A program made the translations under genes and the position numbers. 64,000 nucleotides of DNA from an uncultured archaeon (GTDB taxonomy: Archaea > Thermoplasmatota > Poseidoniia > MGIII > CAYLMJ01): the NCBI GenBank assembly GCA_964384995.1, contig CAYLMJ010000011.1, positions 4,417-68,416 of the forward strand. Reading direction: 5' to 3'. Positions 50,632 to 59,644 of the stretch are shown here, one piece after another. Each line of letters opens with the position of its first letter. Position 1 is the first letter of the stretch. The notes under the pieces are model-generated. The model had not been told where the DNA came from. It saw only the letters and a list, made by a program, of their open reading frames with translations, and ran no database searches.

Positions 50632-52413
50632 ATGCAAGGTCTCTTTGCTGGTAGTATGCGCACTTTGTCCATCTTCCTGATGGCGCTGGTCGGGGGAATC
50701 CTCCTGCTGGCGTTGTCCACCCAATCATCTGCGAGCGAGGGAGCCGGCCCCGGAGCCGGCGGCGATGAGAGCGACAACGGGACCGCCGGTCCCAGGCTGG
50801 CCCTCTTCGATCACGCCAGGAAGGTCACCTCCGACGAGCTGGACAGCCTGACCTTCCGCTTCTCGGTGAAGGAGCTCAAGGGCGAGGATCCGGCCAACCT
50901 GACCTTCAAGCTGGCCTGGGCCCGCGCCACCTACGGCGAGGAGGCTGCCAACGCCGCCAAGGATATCAACAGCTCAGCCACGGGCCTGAACCAGGGCGAT
51001 GGTGGACGGGGTGGTTCCGCGAACTCGTCCTCCAACGACGTCAGCGATGAGCTGGACCAGATCGAGAAGAAGTACGCCCTGAAATGGAACCCCCTCTCCA
51101 GGCCGGTCCAGCAGATAGGCAACTCAACCAACTTCGCCTTCCAGCTGGCGGGCCAGCATCAGCTCCCGGCCGGATACTACCTCCTACGGGTGCAGGTCCT
51201 GGATGAGGAGGGCAACCGGACCCTCATGTGGCTCTTCAGCGACCGGCCCCTGATGGTCTACTACAAGGAGGTCAAGCAGAAGGTGTCGCTCAACATAATC
51301 ACGGTGCCCGACTACCCCAACAGCACCCTCCATTACCGCGTCCGGTACGAGGGCCCCTTCCTGGAGAACCCCCTGGCCTTCATCACCGCCCCCCACATCG
51401 GCCTGGTGGACCACCGCATCAATATGAGCGGCATCATGGTCGCCAATGGCGGTGAACTGACGGGCAACTACTCCTTCTTCCCTTTGCCCATCCCCCACGG
51501 GGCTTACACTCTGCACCTGCGCGGGGTCGATGGTGCCAACCGCACGGTCAGCGTCAACTCCCATTTCATATTGAAGGCCCACAACCTGACCAGCGACGGT
51601 GACAACGAGGTCGAGAGCGAGAGCGGCCGGCTCAAGATCAAGCTGAAGGTCAAGGGCAACCTCACCAACGCCCTGCTCAGCCTGGAGGAGCTGGACATCA
51701 ACCCCGGTCACGAGCTCAACCTCACCAAGCTGAAACTGAAGTTCAAGGACCAGATACCGCCGGGTCAGGTGCACAAACTGGGACGTTACCTGTCGGTGGA
51801 ACCCTCCTCGGAAGTCATCCAGCAGCTGCGGAACGCCACCCTGCGCTTCTACGTCAACGCCACCGACCTGGACGAGAATGGCACCCCCCTGGGCCAGCGC
51901 ATCCACGGCCTGCGGGTCTTCTACTTCAACGAGACCTCGGGCGAGTGGGAGCCTGTGGCGGGCTCGGGCTACGACCCGGTCAATGGGTACGTCTGGGCCC
52001 TCATCCCCCACTTCTCCATATACGGCCTCTTTGGCACCAACGTGGCCCCCACGGCCTCCATCGACCCGGCCTCGGTGACCGTCTACAGCGGCGAGGAGTT
52101 CACCCTGCAGGGTGAAGGCAACGACCTGGACGGCGAGATCGTAGAGTGGGCCTGGGACCTGGACGGCGACGGCGAGTACGAGCTGGTCTCAACCACATCG
52201 GGAGAGGTTACCCACTCCTACACCACCACCGGGACCCATCAAGCCAAGCTGAGGGTCTCGGACGATCAGGGTGCCACCGGCTTCGAGCAGATCACCATCA
52301 CGGTGAAGGACGGGTCCGCGGATGACGACGACGACTCGGTGCCTCTGCCAATATGGGTCTCACTGATGGCTCTCCTGGCGGCAGTTGTCCTGATCGCTGG
52401 ACGCAGACGCTAA
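50632..52413 (+). CDS. secreted cell-surface glycoprotein candidate with a PKD domain and a C-terminal TM anchor
   Basis: Signal-like N-terminus, 17 N-x-S/T sequons, PKD motif EWAWDLDGDGEYE...THSYTTTGTHQAKLRVSDDQG, C-terminus DDDDDSVPLPIWVSLMALLAAVVLIAGRRR. Confidence 0.7.
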   Translation: MQGLFAGSMRTLSIFLMALVGGILLLALSTQSSASEGAGPGAGGDESDNGTAGPRLALFDHARKVTSDELDSLTFRFSVKELKGEDPANLTFKLAWARATYGEEAANAAKDINSSATGLNQGDGGRGGSANSSSNDVSDELDQIEKKYALKWNPLSRPVQQIGNSTNFAFQLAGQHQLPAGYYLLRVQVLDEEGNRTLMWLFSDRPLMVYYKEVKQKVSLNIITVPDYPNSTLHYRVRYEGPFLENPLAFITAPHIGLVDHRINMSGIMVANGGELTGNYSFFPLPIPHGAYTLHLRGVDGANRTVSVNSHFILKAHNLTSDGDNEVESESGRLKIKLKVKGNLTNALLSLEELDINPGHELNLTKLKLKFKDQIPPGQVHKLGRYLSVEPSSEVIQQLRNATLRFYVNATDLDENGTPLGQRIHGLRVFYFNETSGEWEPVAGSGYDPVNGYVWALIPHFSIYGLFGTNVAPTASIDPASVTVYSGEEFTLQGEGNDLDGEIVEWAWDLDGDGEYELVSTTSGEVTHSYTTTGTHQAKLRVSDDQGATGFEQITITVKDGSADDDDDSVPLPIWVSLMALLAAVVLIAGRRR

Positions 52414-52476
52414 AGCTGAGGATCAACGCGGGGACCACAACCAGGCTATCCTCCTCCGCCTCACCCGGTCAGCCGG

Positions 52477-53376
52477 TCAGCCGGTCCCCGCCTCTTCAGC
52501 CTCTCCCACTTCACCTGCCTCACTTGCCTCTCCTGCCTCTTTCAACTTCAGGGCCGTTCCAGCCTCCTCGGCCTGGTCCTCTATATCGTCATCGATCTCA
52601 TCCTCTTCATCCTCACCATCGGCCCGGGCCTGGAGCCTCAGATAGAGGTACGGAATGGCCACGACGATGAGGAAGAGCAGGAGGGGGACGGCGATGTCCC
52701 AGCTGGCCAGGTCGCCCAGGTTGCGCAGGTCCAGCAGGGATTCAGTGAAGACCAGCAGCAGGTAGTTGGCCACGATGGCGCCCAGGATGGTGCCGGCCAT
52801 GTAGGCTCGGAAGCTGATGCGGGATAGGCTGGCCAGGAAGCTGATGGCAAAAAAGGGCCCCAGCATGCGCAGGAGAAAGAGGGTGAAGACCGAGCGGATC
52901 TCGGTCCTCAGATCGTCGGGCTCCTCGATGGCGGCGAAACGCTTGCGGAACCAGCCCAGGCCGCTCATGTTGCGGATGCGGCTCTGCAGGAAGCCCCCGG
53001 CCGCGCGCTTCTGGCTCAGGTAGCCCTCGATGCTGCGGACCCCCAGGTAGCGCACCGCCAGAAAGGAGATGAGGCCGCCCAGGATGGCGCCGATCACCGA
53101 GAGGAACAGACCGGACCATTTGCCAAAGAGCACCCCCCCTGCGGCGGTGAGGAACGATACCGGGAAGACGAAGGCCACCACGGCGTAGAGCACCACGTAG
53201 GCCAAGGGCCCCCAGAAACCGTAATCGTCGGTGATGTCCCGCAGGTCACCCTCAGAGCGGACCTCAACCACGCCGCTGTACCAAACCGTGGCCAGGGCGC
53301 CGATGATGAGCAACAGCAACAGCAAGGGGCCTAACCAGGGCAGGCGATCCAGCAGGCTCCGGGAAGGTTCCCCCAT
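52477..53376 (-). CDS. TVP38/TMEM64 (DedA-related) family membrane protein with an acidic tail
   Basis: VVLYAVVAFVFPVSFLTAAGGVLFGKWSGLFLSVIGAILGGLISFLAVRYLG. Tail ADGEDEEDEIDDDIEDQAEEAG... Confidence 0.75.
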   Translation of the reverse strand: MGEPSRSLLDRLPWLGPLLLLLLIIGALATVWYSGVVEVRSEGDLRDITDDYGFWGPLAYVVLYAVVAFVFPVSFLTAAGGVLFGKWSGLFLSVIGAILGGLISFLAVRYLGVRSIEGYLSQKRAAGGFLQSRIRNMSGLGWFRKRFAAIEEPDDLRTEIRSVFTLFLLRMLGPFFAISFLASLSRISFRAYMAGTILGAIVANYLLLVFTESLLDLRNLGDLASWDIAVPLLLFLIVVAIPYLYLRLQARADGEDEEDEIDDDIEDQAEEAGTALKLKEAGEASEAGEVGEAEEAGTG

Positions 53377-53612
53377 TGATATTGGAAGTTGTTTGCTATT
53401 ATAAGAAATGGTATGGCAATAACATAACCTGGAACCTCATCCGATCTGGAGAACCAGTGTCGGTCCGCCACCATGGTTCGAAACCGACAAATAGAGTTCA
53501 GCCCCTGCCCTCCCCGAAGAAGTGTGTTAATTGTAGTTACACGGTGAAGGATAGGGTGATGATGGGCAGGGACGGGTAGACCGTAGAGTGTACCAGATGA
53601 TCGGGAGCCGGG

Positions 53613-54068
53613 TCAATCCTTGGGCTTGGCCAGGAGCTTCTTGAGCACCAGCAGGTCCTTGACCTGGGCCTTGACCTTGAGCTTCTTGGTGGCGTAGGCC
53701 TTGATGGGCTTGAGGGTGCCCGCCAGCATGCCCGACATGGTGGCGTGGTCGGCGAGGATGGTGATGTCGGGACCGGCCTCGGGGTCATCCTCGGCGACAC
53801 CGTCCAGGGGCAGGGCGACCCGGGTGATGGCCTCCAGGGTGGAGTCGGCCAGACGGGTGGTGAAGCCCACCTGCTCGCCCACCTGGATCAGGACCTCCTT
53901 CTCCATGCCGGTGATGAACTTGGCGAACTTGGGCTCGTTGGGTATCTGCTCGTTGAAGAGCCGCACCTTCTCGGCGATGAGCTCCTCGATGGTATCCATC
54001 GAGAGCAGGTTGGCCGGGTCTGCGGCCGGGGCGGCGGCTGGGGCTGTATCGTCGTTGACCATGGTCAC
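53613..54068 (-). CDS. SCP2 sterol-carrier-like domain protein
   Basis: 151 aa. ...ITILADHATMSGMLAGTLKPIKAYATKKLKVKAQVKDLLVLKKLL is the C-terminal SCP2 pattern. Confidence 0.65.
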   Translation of the reverse strand: MTMVNDDTAPAAAPAADPANLLSMDTIEELIAEKVRLFNEQIPNEPKFAKFITGMEKEVLIQVGEQVGFTTRLADSTLEAITRVALPLDGVAEDDPEAGPDITILADHATMSGMLAGTLKPIKAYATKKLKVKAQVKDLLVLKKLLAKPKD

Positions 54069-54081
54069 AACTCGGTCCCGG

Positions 54082-54825
54082 TCAGTCGGCGAACCGGTCC
54101 AGGGAGGCCTGCGGTCTCAGCAGGCGGTCCACGGTCTTCCAGGTCCGACGAGTGCCCGGAGGCAACTGGTGATTGTCACGCCAGTAGCGCTTGATAAACT
54201 CTTGGGTGACCGGGTCGGATGGATAGCCCGAGCCGACGTCATCGTCGACCTGCTCGGCCAGCCTGGCGATGGCGCGGTCGCGGGCCACCTTGGCCAGGAT
54301 GGAGGCGGCCGCCACCACTGGATAGCGGGTGTCGGCCTTGTGCTCGCACACCATCTCGATGGGTGGCAGAGGAGCATCAGCGGTGGCCACCGCCAGCCGG
54401 TTGTTCACCTCCCGGGCGTAGTTGGCGGCGTTGGAATCGGCGGCATCCAGGTAGGCGGTGACCCGCAGTTGAGCCGAACGAGAGGCGTCAGCTTCCCCGG
54501 CCAGCCGGGCCACGACCAGGGCTTTCAGGACGCTGGCGAAGAGCCGGGCCTCGATGCGATTGAGGGTCATCTGGGAGCGCAGGGCGTCCAGGTCCTCGGC
54601 CTCGAGGAAGACCAGCTCCCACTCCGTGTTATCCTTGATCTTGACCTCCAGCTCCTCCCGGCGTTTTGGCGTCAGGAGCTTGGAATCGCGCACTCCCAGT
54701 CTCCTCAGCGGTCCATCGTCTGAGACGGCCACCCCGCCCACGACCAGGGGTCCAAGGACCGGCCCCCGTCCGGCCTCATCGACTCCGCAGATCATGCGTC
54801 GTCGATTCAGTTGGTCGACCGGCAT
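54082..54825 (-). CDS. rnhB: ribonuclease HII
   Basis: ICGVDEAGRGPVLGPLVVGGVAV..., DSKLLTPKRRE, ASILAKVARD. Confidence 0.9.
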   Translation of the reverse strand: MPVDQLNRRRMICGVDEAGRGPVLGPLVVGGVAVSDDGPLRRLGVRDSKLLTPKRREELEVKIKDNTEWELVFLEAEDLDALRSQMTLNRIEARLFASVLKALVVARLAGEADASRSAQLRVTAYLDAADSNAANYAREVNNRLAVATADAPLPPIEMVCEHKADTRYPVVAAASILAKVARDRAIARLAEQVDDDVGSGYPSDPVTQEFIKRYWRDNHQLPPGTRRTWKTVDRLLRPQASLDRFAD

Positions 54826-54928
54826 AGCCGTTCTCCTCCGTAGCCCCTCATGAATTCGGGGCTCACGGCCTCATCAACTCCGCAGATCATGCGTCCCCCA
54901 AGCCATGGGAGACCTCATCTGAATTGGC

Positions 54929-55012
54929 AACCACAGAGACACAGAGAGCACAGAGAGAGCACAGAGAATGTACTTTGTGTCGTGCTCTGTGAACTCTGTG
55001 ACCCTGTGGTGG
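54929..55012. repeat. CACAGAG heptamer element, copy 2 of 3, the only copy with an inverted arm (long imperfect hairpin)
   Basis: Direct units at 54932/54940/54949/54960. Inverted CTCTGTG units at 54985 and 54994, plus degenerate cctgtgg at 55003. Lies between the priS stop (55027) and the rnhB start (54825). Confidence 0.85.
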
Positions 55013-55026
55013 ATCTTGGAACAACA

Positions 55027-56265
55027 TCAGGCCTCCTCCCTGGCTGACAGGGCCAGGGTCGCCCATTTGCGGCAGAGAAAGTAGACGGCGGCGAAGGTGG
55101 GCAGCTCGGCCACCTCACTGGGCTCCAGTCCGTAGGCCTCGCCCCTGAGGGTCACCTTGCCCGGCCTGGGTCCCGCCCTGACCTTCACCGGCCTGTCGTC
55201 CAGGACCACCGCCTGCTGGTAGGGGTCGAAATCCTGCATCCCTTCCAGGGGCACCGGTACGACGGCCAGACCGGTACCGCCGTGGAGCGAGCCCGGCAGG
55301 CGGATGAGTCGATGGGTGTCGGTGGTCACAGGCTCGTCGGTGTGGCCCCGGCTGTCGGCGACGGCCTGTTCCAGCCAGTGGTCGCGCAGGGCGGAGGGGG
55401 CGGCCTCCCAGACCTGCTGGAGCTTGGCTCCCTTCTTCACCAGCTTGGTGAGCTTCTCCACCGTCTTGGGGCCCACGCCCTTGATCTGCATCAGTTGGGG
55501 CAGGCTGTCCAGCCGCTTGGGATCGCCCAGGACCCGCATGTAGGCCTGGACGGTGCGGGAGAGCCGGCCGCCCCAGCCGGGGCTGTCGGGGGAGGGCAGG
55601 ACCTTGATCACCTGGGGGTGCTCCTTGCCCTTGTAGCGGGTCCAGGTCTTCACCCGGTTGACCAGGACCTTGTCCAGGTCAAGGCCGGTACTGGTGATGT
55701 AGTCGACGATCTCCCGCCGGCCGTGGCTGTCCAGCTTGAGGAGCCTTGGGTCCCGGACGTGGATGTGATAGCCCCGGCCTCCCGAGAAGTAGACCTTGAG
55801 CCAGCGGGGCTCCAGGCCCAGGTCCCCCAGCAGGAACTCGTGGACCAGCCGGTTGGTCTCGACCAGGGTCTGCTCCATGAGCCTGGGGAAGGGGGTGCCC
55901 TCCGCCGCCTCCATGTGGTCGGCGTCCAGGTCGAACACCAGGTCGGCCCCCTGCCAGACCTTGTCCACCATCTTTGCCGCCGAGGGCTTGCGATAGTAGG
56001 CCACCGAGTGGTAGGCGTGGGCCGGATGGGCATGATGGAGATGGTCCTTCAGCGAGCGCCGACTGGTGAAGGTGAGGTGGCGCCGCATCGACCGGCCCCA
56101 GGGGATGAAGCCCCACTCCCGGTGGTTGAAACGGGGAGGCAGGTCCAACTTCGCCTGGCGATAGTAGGCAGTAAAGCATTGGGTCAGGAAGCGCTGGGTG
56201 TGGGCCTGCTCCATGTCGGCCAGCAGGGGCGTTTCAATCCCCTCCGGCAGGGTCTGGCTGGCCAT
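55027..56265 (-). CDS. priS: archaeal/eukaryotic DNA primase catalytic (small) subunit
   Basis: REWGFIPWG...RH, HSVAYY, catalytic LVFDLDADH, SGGRGYHIHV. The alternative ATG 56214 would remove the 32-nt overlap with the upstream gene. Confidence 0.85.
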   Translation of the reverse strand: MASQTLPEGIETPLLADMEQAHTQRFLTQCFTAYYRQAKLDLPPRFNHREWGFIPWGRSMRRHLTFTSRRSLKDHLHHAHPAHAYHSVAYYRKPSAAKMVDKVWQGADLVFDLDADHMEAAEGTPFPRLMEQTLVETNRLVHEFLLGDLGLEPRWLKVYFSGGRGYHIHVRDPRLLKLDSHGRREIVDYITSTGLDLDKVLVNRVKTWTRYKGKEHPQVIKVLPSPDSPGWGGRLSRTVQAYMRVLGDPKRLDSLPQLMQIKGVGPKTVEKLTKLVKKGAKLQQVWEAAPSALRDHWLEQAVADSRGHTDEPVTTDTHRLIRLPGSLHGGTGLAVVPVPLEGMQDFDPYQQAVVLDDRPVKVRAGPRPGKVTLRGEAYGLEPSEVAELPTFAAVYFLCRKWATLALSAREEA

Positions 56266-56947
56266 CGCCGTTCTTGTTGTCTTCCGCTCCCTCTACCTCA
56301 TCAACTTCCGGTTCGCCTCCCTTCTTCAGTTCCTTTTCATCCCTGAAATCGTTATCATCATCCTCTGCATCCCTCTCCACTTCTTCCTCAACCTCATCAT
56401 CTTCCTCATCCTCGTCGGTCTCGAGATCCTCGTCCAGGGGTCCCTCATCCAGGGAGCGAGAGGCCTCCTCCACCTCACCCATCGTCATCTCCACGGGGAC
56501 CAACCCCTTCAGGTCGTCGGGCGTCACCCCCATCGCGGCCCAGGCCTTCCGGGCCTTCAGGAACTCGGGCAGCAGGTAGCCCACTCCCAACCGGTGGGTG
56601 AACTTGAACTTCCAGGGCAGGCGGGGCAGACTCACCGCCAGCAGGCGCAGGAGGCGGGTGACCTCCCGTCGGGAACCACCATCGAACCGGCTCACCTCCA
56701 GGAAGTGGAGCTGGCCGCCGTGACCCGGTGATTCGTCCCAGCATTCGATATCGAACCGGGCCGGATGGGAGACCTTGAAGCGGAAGGTGCGGGCGAAGCG
56801 GTCCAGGGTGATGACGAAGGTGAACCTGGAGAAGTGACGCTGGCCGATGCGGTACTCGCAGGTGTAACCCAGCTCCCTGAGGCTCTCCCGCAGCACCAGT
56901 GCCAGGGAGCGGGCGTTGGAGGAGCTGGGAAGTTTCCGGGCCGTCAT
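56234..56947 (-). CDS. orphan protein with a ~150-aa basic domain and an extremely acidic tail, embedded between pheT and priS
   Basis: 237 aa. MTARKLPSSSNARSLALVLRESLRELGYTCEYRIGQRHFSRFTFVITLDRF..., tail DEDLETDEDEEDDEVEEEVERDAEDDDNDF. Starts 6 nt after the pheT stop. Confidence 0.4.
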   Translation of the reverse strand: MTARKLPSSSNARSLALVLRESLRELGYTCEYRIGQRHFSRFTFVITLDRFARTFRFKVSHPARFDIECWDESPGHGGQLHFLEVSRFDGGSRREVTRLLRLLAVSLPRLPWKFKFTHRLGVGYLLPEFLKARKAWAAMGVTPDDLKGLVPVEMTMGEVEEASRSLDEGPLDEDLETDEDEEDDEVEEEVERDAEDDDNDFRDEKELKKGGEPEVDEVEGAEDNKNGDGQPDPAGGD

Positions 56948-56953
56948 GGCCCC

Positions 56954-58657
56954 TCAGAGCTCGAACTCGCCGGCGATGAGCGGATGGGCCAGGTCCCAGG
57001 CCACGATGGTCGAAGGGGCCAGCTCCCCGAAATGACCCAGGGTCTGCCCGTCAACCATGACCCTGGCACACCGGCCAGGGATGTACTCGGGTCGCTGGAC
57101 CCCTTCCAGCTTCAGCTCCAGTCCCTGGTCCAGATTCAGGCGGCCCAGCAGGCTCTCGGTCAGCCCCTTGGCCCGGCTGAAGTTGGCCCGGGCCGCCAGC
57201 TCCACGAAGGCCATCCGCTGGTGGTTGGCGTGGTCCCGGACCACCTCGCCCACCTCGAAGAGCCGCTGGGGCAGTTCGCGATGGGTGTTGGAGGCCAGCA
57301 CCTCCATGAGCCCGGGAAGCAGGGAGGTGCGCATCAGGCTGTACTCGACACCGATGGGGTTGGCCATGCGGGTCACCTGGACCGTCGCTCCATCATCCGA
57401 CGCGATGGCCCCGCCATCTGCGACCTCGACCCCCATCTTCTGGAACTGGGCCGCCGGTCCGGACAGCGAGAGGGTCATGACCTCCTGGAAGCCCAGGCCC
57501 ACCAGGGTCTCCCTGGCGGCCTCTGCCCGCTCCTGCGGCTCCCGACGGGAGCCGAAGGTCATGGAGCCGGGCAGGGTCTCCTTGGAGTTGAGGTAGCCCA
57601 GGCCGATGGCGGCCTCCTCCACCAGGTCCACCCGATGCAGGATGTCCCAGCGGTAGGCCGGCACCTGCACCTCCAGCAGGTCCTGGTCGGGATCGGCAAG
57701 CTTCGCATCCAGCCCCATGCGCTGGAAGGCCAGTTGCAGGAGCTCCGGGTTCTGCTCCCAGCCCAACAGCCGCTCCAGGTAGGCCAGCTCCACCGACCAG
57801 CTCTGGGGTGCCAGGTCGGGGGTGACCAGGGTCTTGCCCGAGGTGGGGCCCAAGTTAGGGTCCTCGGGGTAGATCACCTTCACCGCCTCGACGGTCCCTT
57901 CCCGCTCGGCCAGGGCGCAGGCCACGATGTTCAGGGTCTGGGTGACCGCGGCCAGGTCCAGACCGGTGACATCCAGCAGGATGTTGGTGGTGGAATCGGT
58001 GACGGTGGTGACGGTGCCGTTGATGATGGGTGGGAAGGAGAGCACCTGGTCGTTGGCATCGAAGATGATGGGATAGCGGTCGAAGCCCTCCATCAGGTGG
58101 GCGTAATCGATACCCTTGGGATGCTGGGTCAGGATCTGGTCCAGGTCCATCTCCCGGGTCTCCTGGAGGGGCACGAACGAGACCTCGCGGGGCTTCACGG
58201 CGGTGTAGCGGAAGGGCGGCGTCAGATCGTCCATGTCATGGACGCCGATGGAGACCTTGCTGCGCTTGCGGCCCAGGGTCAGGTGGAGCTTCTCCTGGAG
58301 CTCCATCATTGCGATGATGGCGTCGTCGTCCATCTCCACCCCCCTTACCGCGCCGCTGACCACCCAGGGTCGGACCCCAAGCACCGGCGGCTCGACCCGC
58401 ATCTCCATCTTGGCGGGGGCGACCGGGTAGTCCTGCAGGCCCGGCTTTCGCCCGGTGAAGGCCCGCATGGCCCGGGCCACGCCCTCCACCGAGTAGAGGT
58501 CGGGTCGGTCGGGGAAGAACTCCACCGACAGCTCCTCGCCGTCGACCCGGTCCACGTCGGCGCCGATTAGGGGCACCAGCTCCAGGAACTCATCCTGGGA
58601 CAGGTCCAGGCCGGACAGGCGGGCAAAGTCGCTGAAATAGAAGTTGATGACCGGCAT
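56954..58657 (-). CDS. pheT: phenylalanine--tRNA ligase beta subunit (archaeal type)
   Basis: 567 aa. MPVINFYFSDFARLSGLDLSQDEFLELVPLIGADVDRVDGEELSVEFFPDRPDLYSVEGVARAMRAF, with B3/4 and B5 blocks following. Confidence 0.9.
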   Translation of the reverse strand: MPVINFYFSDFARLSGLDLSQDEFLELVPLIGADVDRVDGEELSVEFFPDRPDLYSVEGVARAMRAFTGRKPGLQDYPVAPAKMEMRVEPPVLGVRPWVVSGAVRGVEMDDDAIIAMMELQEKLHLTLGRKRSKVSIGVHDMDDLTPPFRYTAVKPREVSFVPLQETREMDLDQILTQHPKGIDYAHLMEGFDRYPIIFDANDQVLSFPPIINGTVTTVTDSTTNILLDVTGLDLAAVTQTLNIVACALAEREGTVEAVKVIYPEDPNLGPTSGKTLVTPDLAPQSWSVELAYLERLLGWEQNPELLQLAFQRMGLDAKLADPDQDLLEVQVPAYRWDILHRVDLVEEAAIGLGYLNSKETLPGSMTFGSRREPQERAEAARETLVGLGFQEVMTLSLSGPAAQFQKMGVEVADGGAIASDDGATVQVTRMANPIGVEYSLMRTSLLPGLMEVLASNTHRELPQRLFEVGEVVRDHANHQRMAFVELAARANFSRAKGLTESLLGRLNLDQGLELKLEGVQRPEYIPGRCARVMVDGQTLGHFGELAPSTIVAWDLAHPLIAGEFEL

Positions 58658-58780
58658 CCTTCACCCCAGGGTGCCCGCCACCTTAAGCTTAGATGCCTGG
58701 CCTGGGCTGAGGGGATGGGATTCAGATCGCAAAATAGCCTCCCGGCTGGGCCCAAGGCCGAGCTTGAGCGGAATGAGGGT

Positions 58781-58888
58781 TCAGCCTTTCTTGAGCCGGC
58801 GCTCGCGCTTGCGGCGGCGCATCTTCTTCTTGCGCCATTTCCAGCGCTGTTGGCCGTGCTTCTTCCAGACCCGGGAACTGCGTTTCAT
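58781..58888 (-). CDS. rpl41e: ribosomal protein L41e
   Basis: Internal ATG of ORF 58781..58996 gives the 35-aa peptide MKRSSRVWKKHGQQRWKWRKKKMRRRKRERRLKKG, the archaeal L41e pattern (RWKW...KRxRRLKR). Confidence 0.7.
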   Translation of the reverse strand: MKRSSRVWKKHGQQRWKWRKKKMRRRKRERRLKKG

Positions 58889-59017
58889 GGGATCACTGGG
58901 GTTGCGGTTCGGGTTCCGGAACGTGCCGGTTCCCGACCGGGTTGCGGCCAAGCTGGTGGTGGTATTTAAGTCCCATACCAACCCGGGATGGCTCAAGGAT
59001 GGTCGGGACCCGAGGGT

Positions 59018-59644
59018 TCAGACGAGGTCGTACCGCCCAGGTGTGGGCGAGTAGATGAGCCCCGCCTCCTGAAGGCGGCCAACCCACCCCTCCACGGCTT
59101 TGGCCCACTTTGCGTCACTGTCCGGGTCATCATCGGTGACCTTGACCACGCCCAGCCGCCGAAGGAGCTCCCGAAGCTCGCTCTCATCGAAATCATCCTG
59201 AAGATTCCCCAGCTCCCTGACCGCCGTGGTCACCCGCTCCCAGCGACTGCTGGCCCCCGAGATGGCGGCCGCCCGCAAGGCCATTGTGAGAGGGTCCAGT
59301 TTGGACTGGGCTCTTCCGCCATCGGGTCTGGGTCGACCGGGACCTGCGGATGAATTGTCGGTCTCGGGTGGTTCCAGCCTTCGGGCCCTCGGCCGACCAT
59401 GGTCCACCAGGATGGCCTCACCGAACTCGGGGGGCAGGTCCCCCTTCAACGATTCGGCCACCCGGCCCACGGCCTCGGGCAGCTGCTTGGCCTCCTCCAC
59501 GCGGGCCCAGACCTTGAGCCGCTGGACGTTCAGGGCCTTGTTGCATCGGGGACAACGGCTGGTCTTGATGGAGAGGGCCAGGCCCTTGGGCCAGCGACAC
59601 TGGGGGCAGACCACCACACCGTAATCATGGGGGGTCGCCAGCAT
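59018..59644 (-). CDS. zinc-ribbon protein (DUF1922/DUF5817-like N-terminus) with a C-terminal winged-helix-like domain
   Basis: MLATPHDYGVVVCPQCRWPKGLALSIKTSRCPRCNKAL...; C-terminus LQEAGLIYSPTPGRYDLV. The upstream ATG 59809 would add a Pro/Ala-rich leader. The ORF beyond that overlaps asnS and is rejected. Confidence 0.5.
   Translation of the reverse strand: MLATPHDYGVVVCPQCRWPKGLALSIKTSRCPRCNKALNVQRLKVWARVEEAKQLPEAVGRVAESLKGDLPPEFGEAILVDHGRPRARRLEPPETDNSSAGPGRPRPDGGRAQSKLDPLTMALRAAAISGASSRWERVTTAVRELGNLQDDFDESELRELLRRLGVVKVTDDDPDSDAKWAKAVEGWVGRLQEAGLIYSPTPGRYDLV

Noticed and set aside
53458-53500. gtcggtccgccaccatggttcgaaaccgac, with a T-loop-like GGTTCGAAACC
   Set aside because: No acceptor, D or anticodon arms can be drawn around it, and the stem encloses a 20-nt loop. 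It is not a tRNA. I found no convincing tRNA anywhere in the window.
53553-53612. Possible C/D-box sRNA (GTGATGA at ~53556, cagatga further on) in the low-G+C spacer
   Set aside because: There are no CTGA D/D' boxes at the required spacing and no terminal stem. The resemblance rests on a single C-box-like heptamer.
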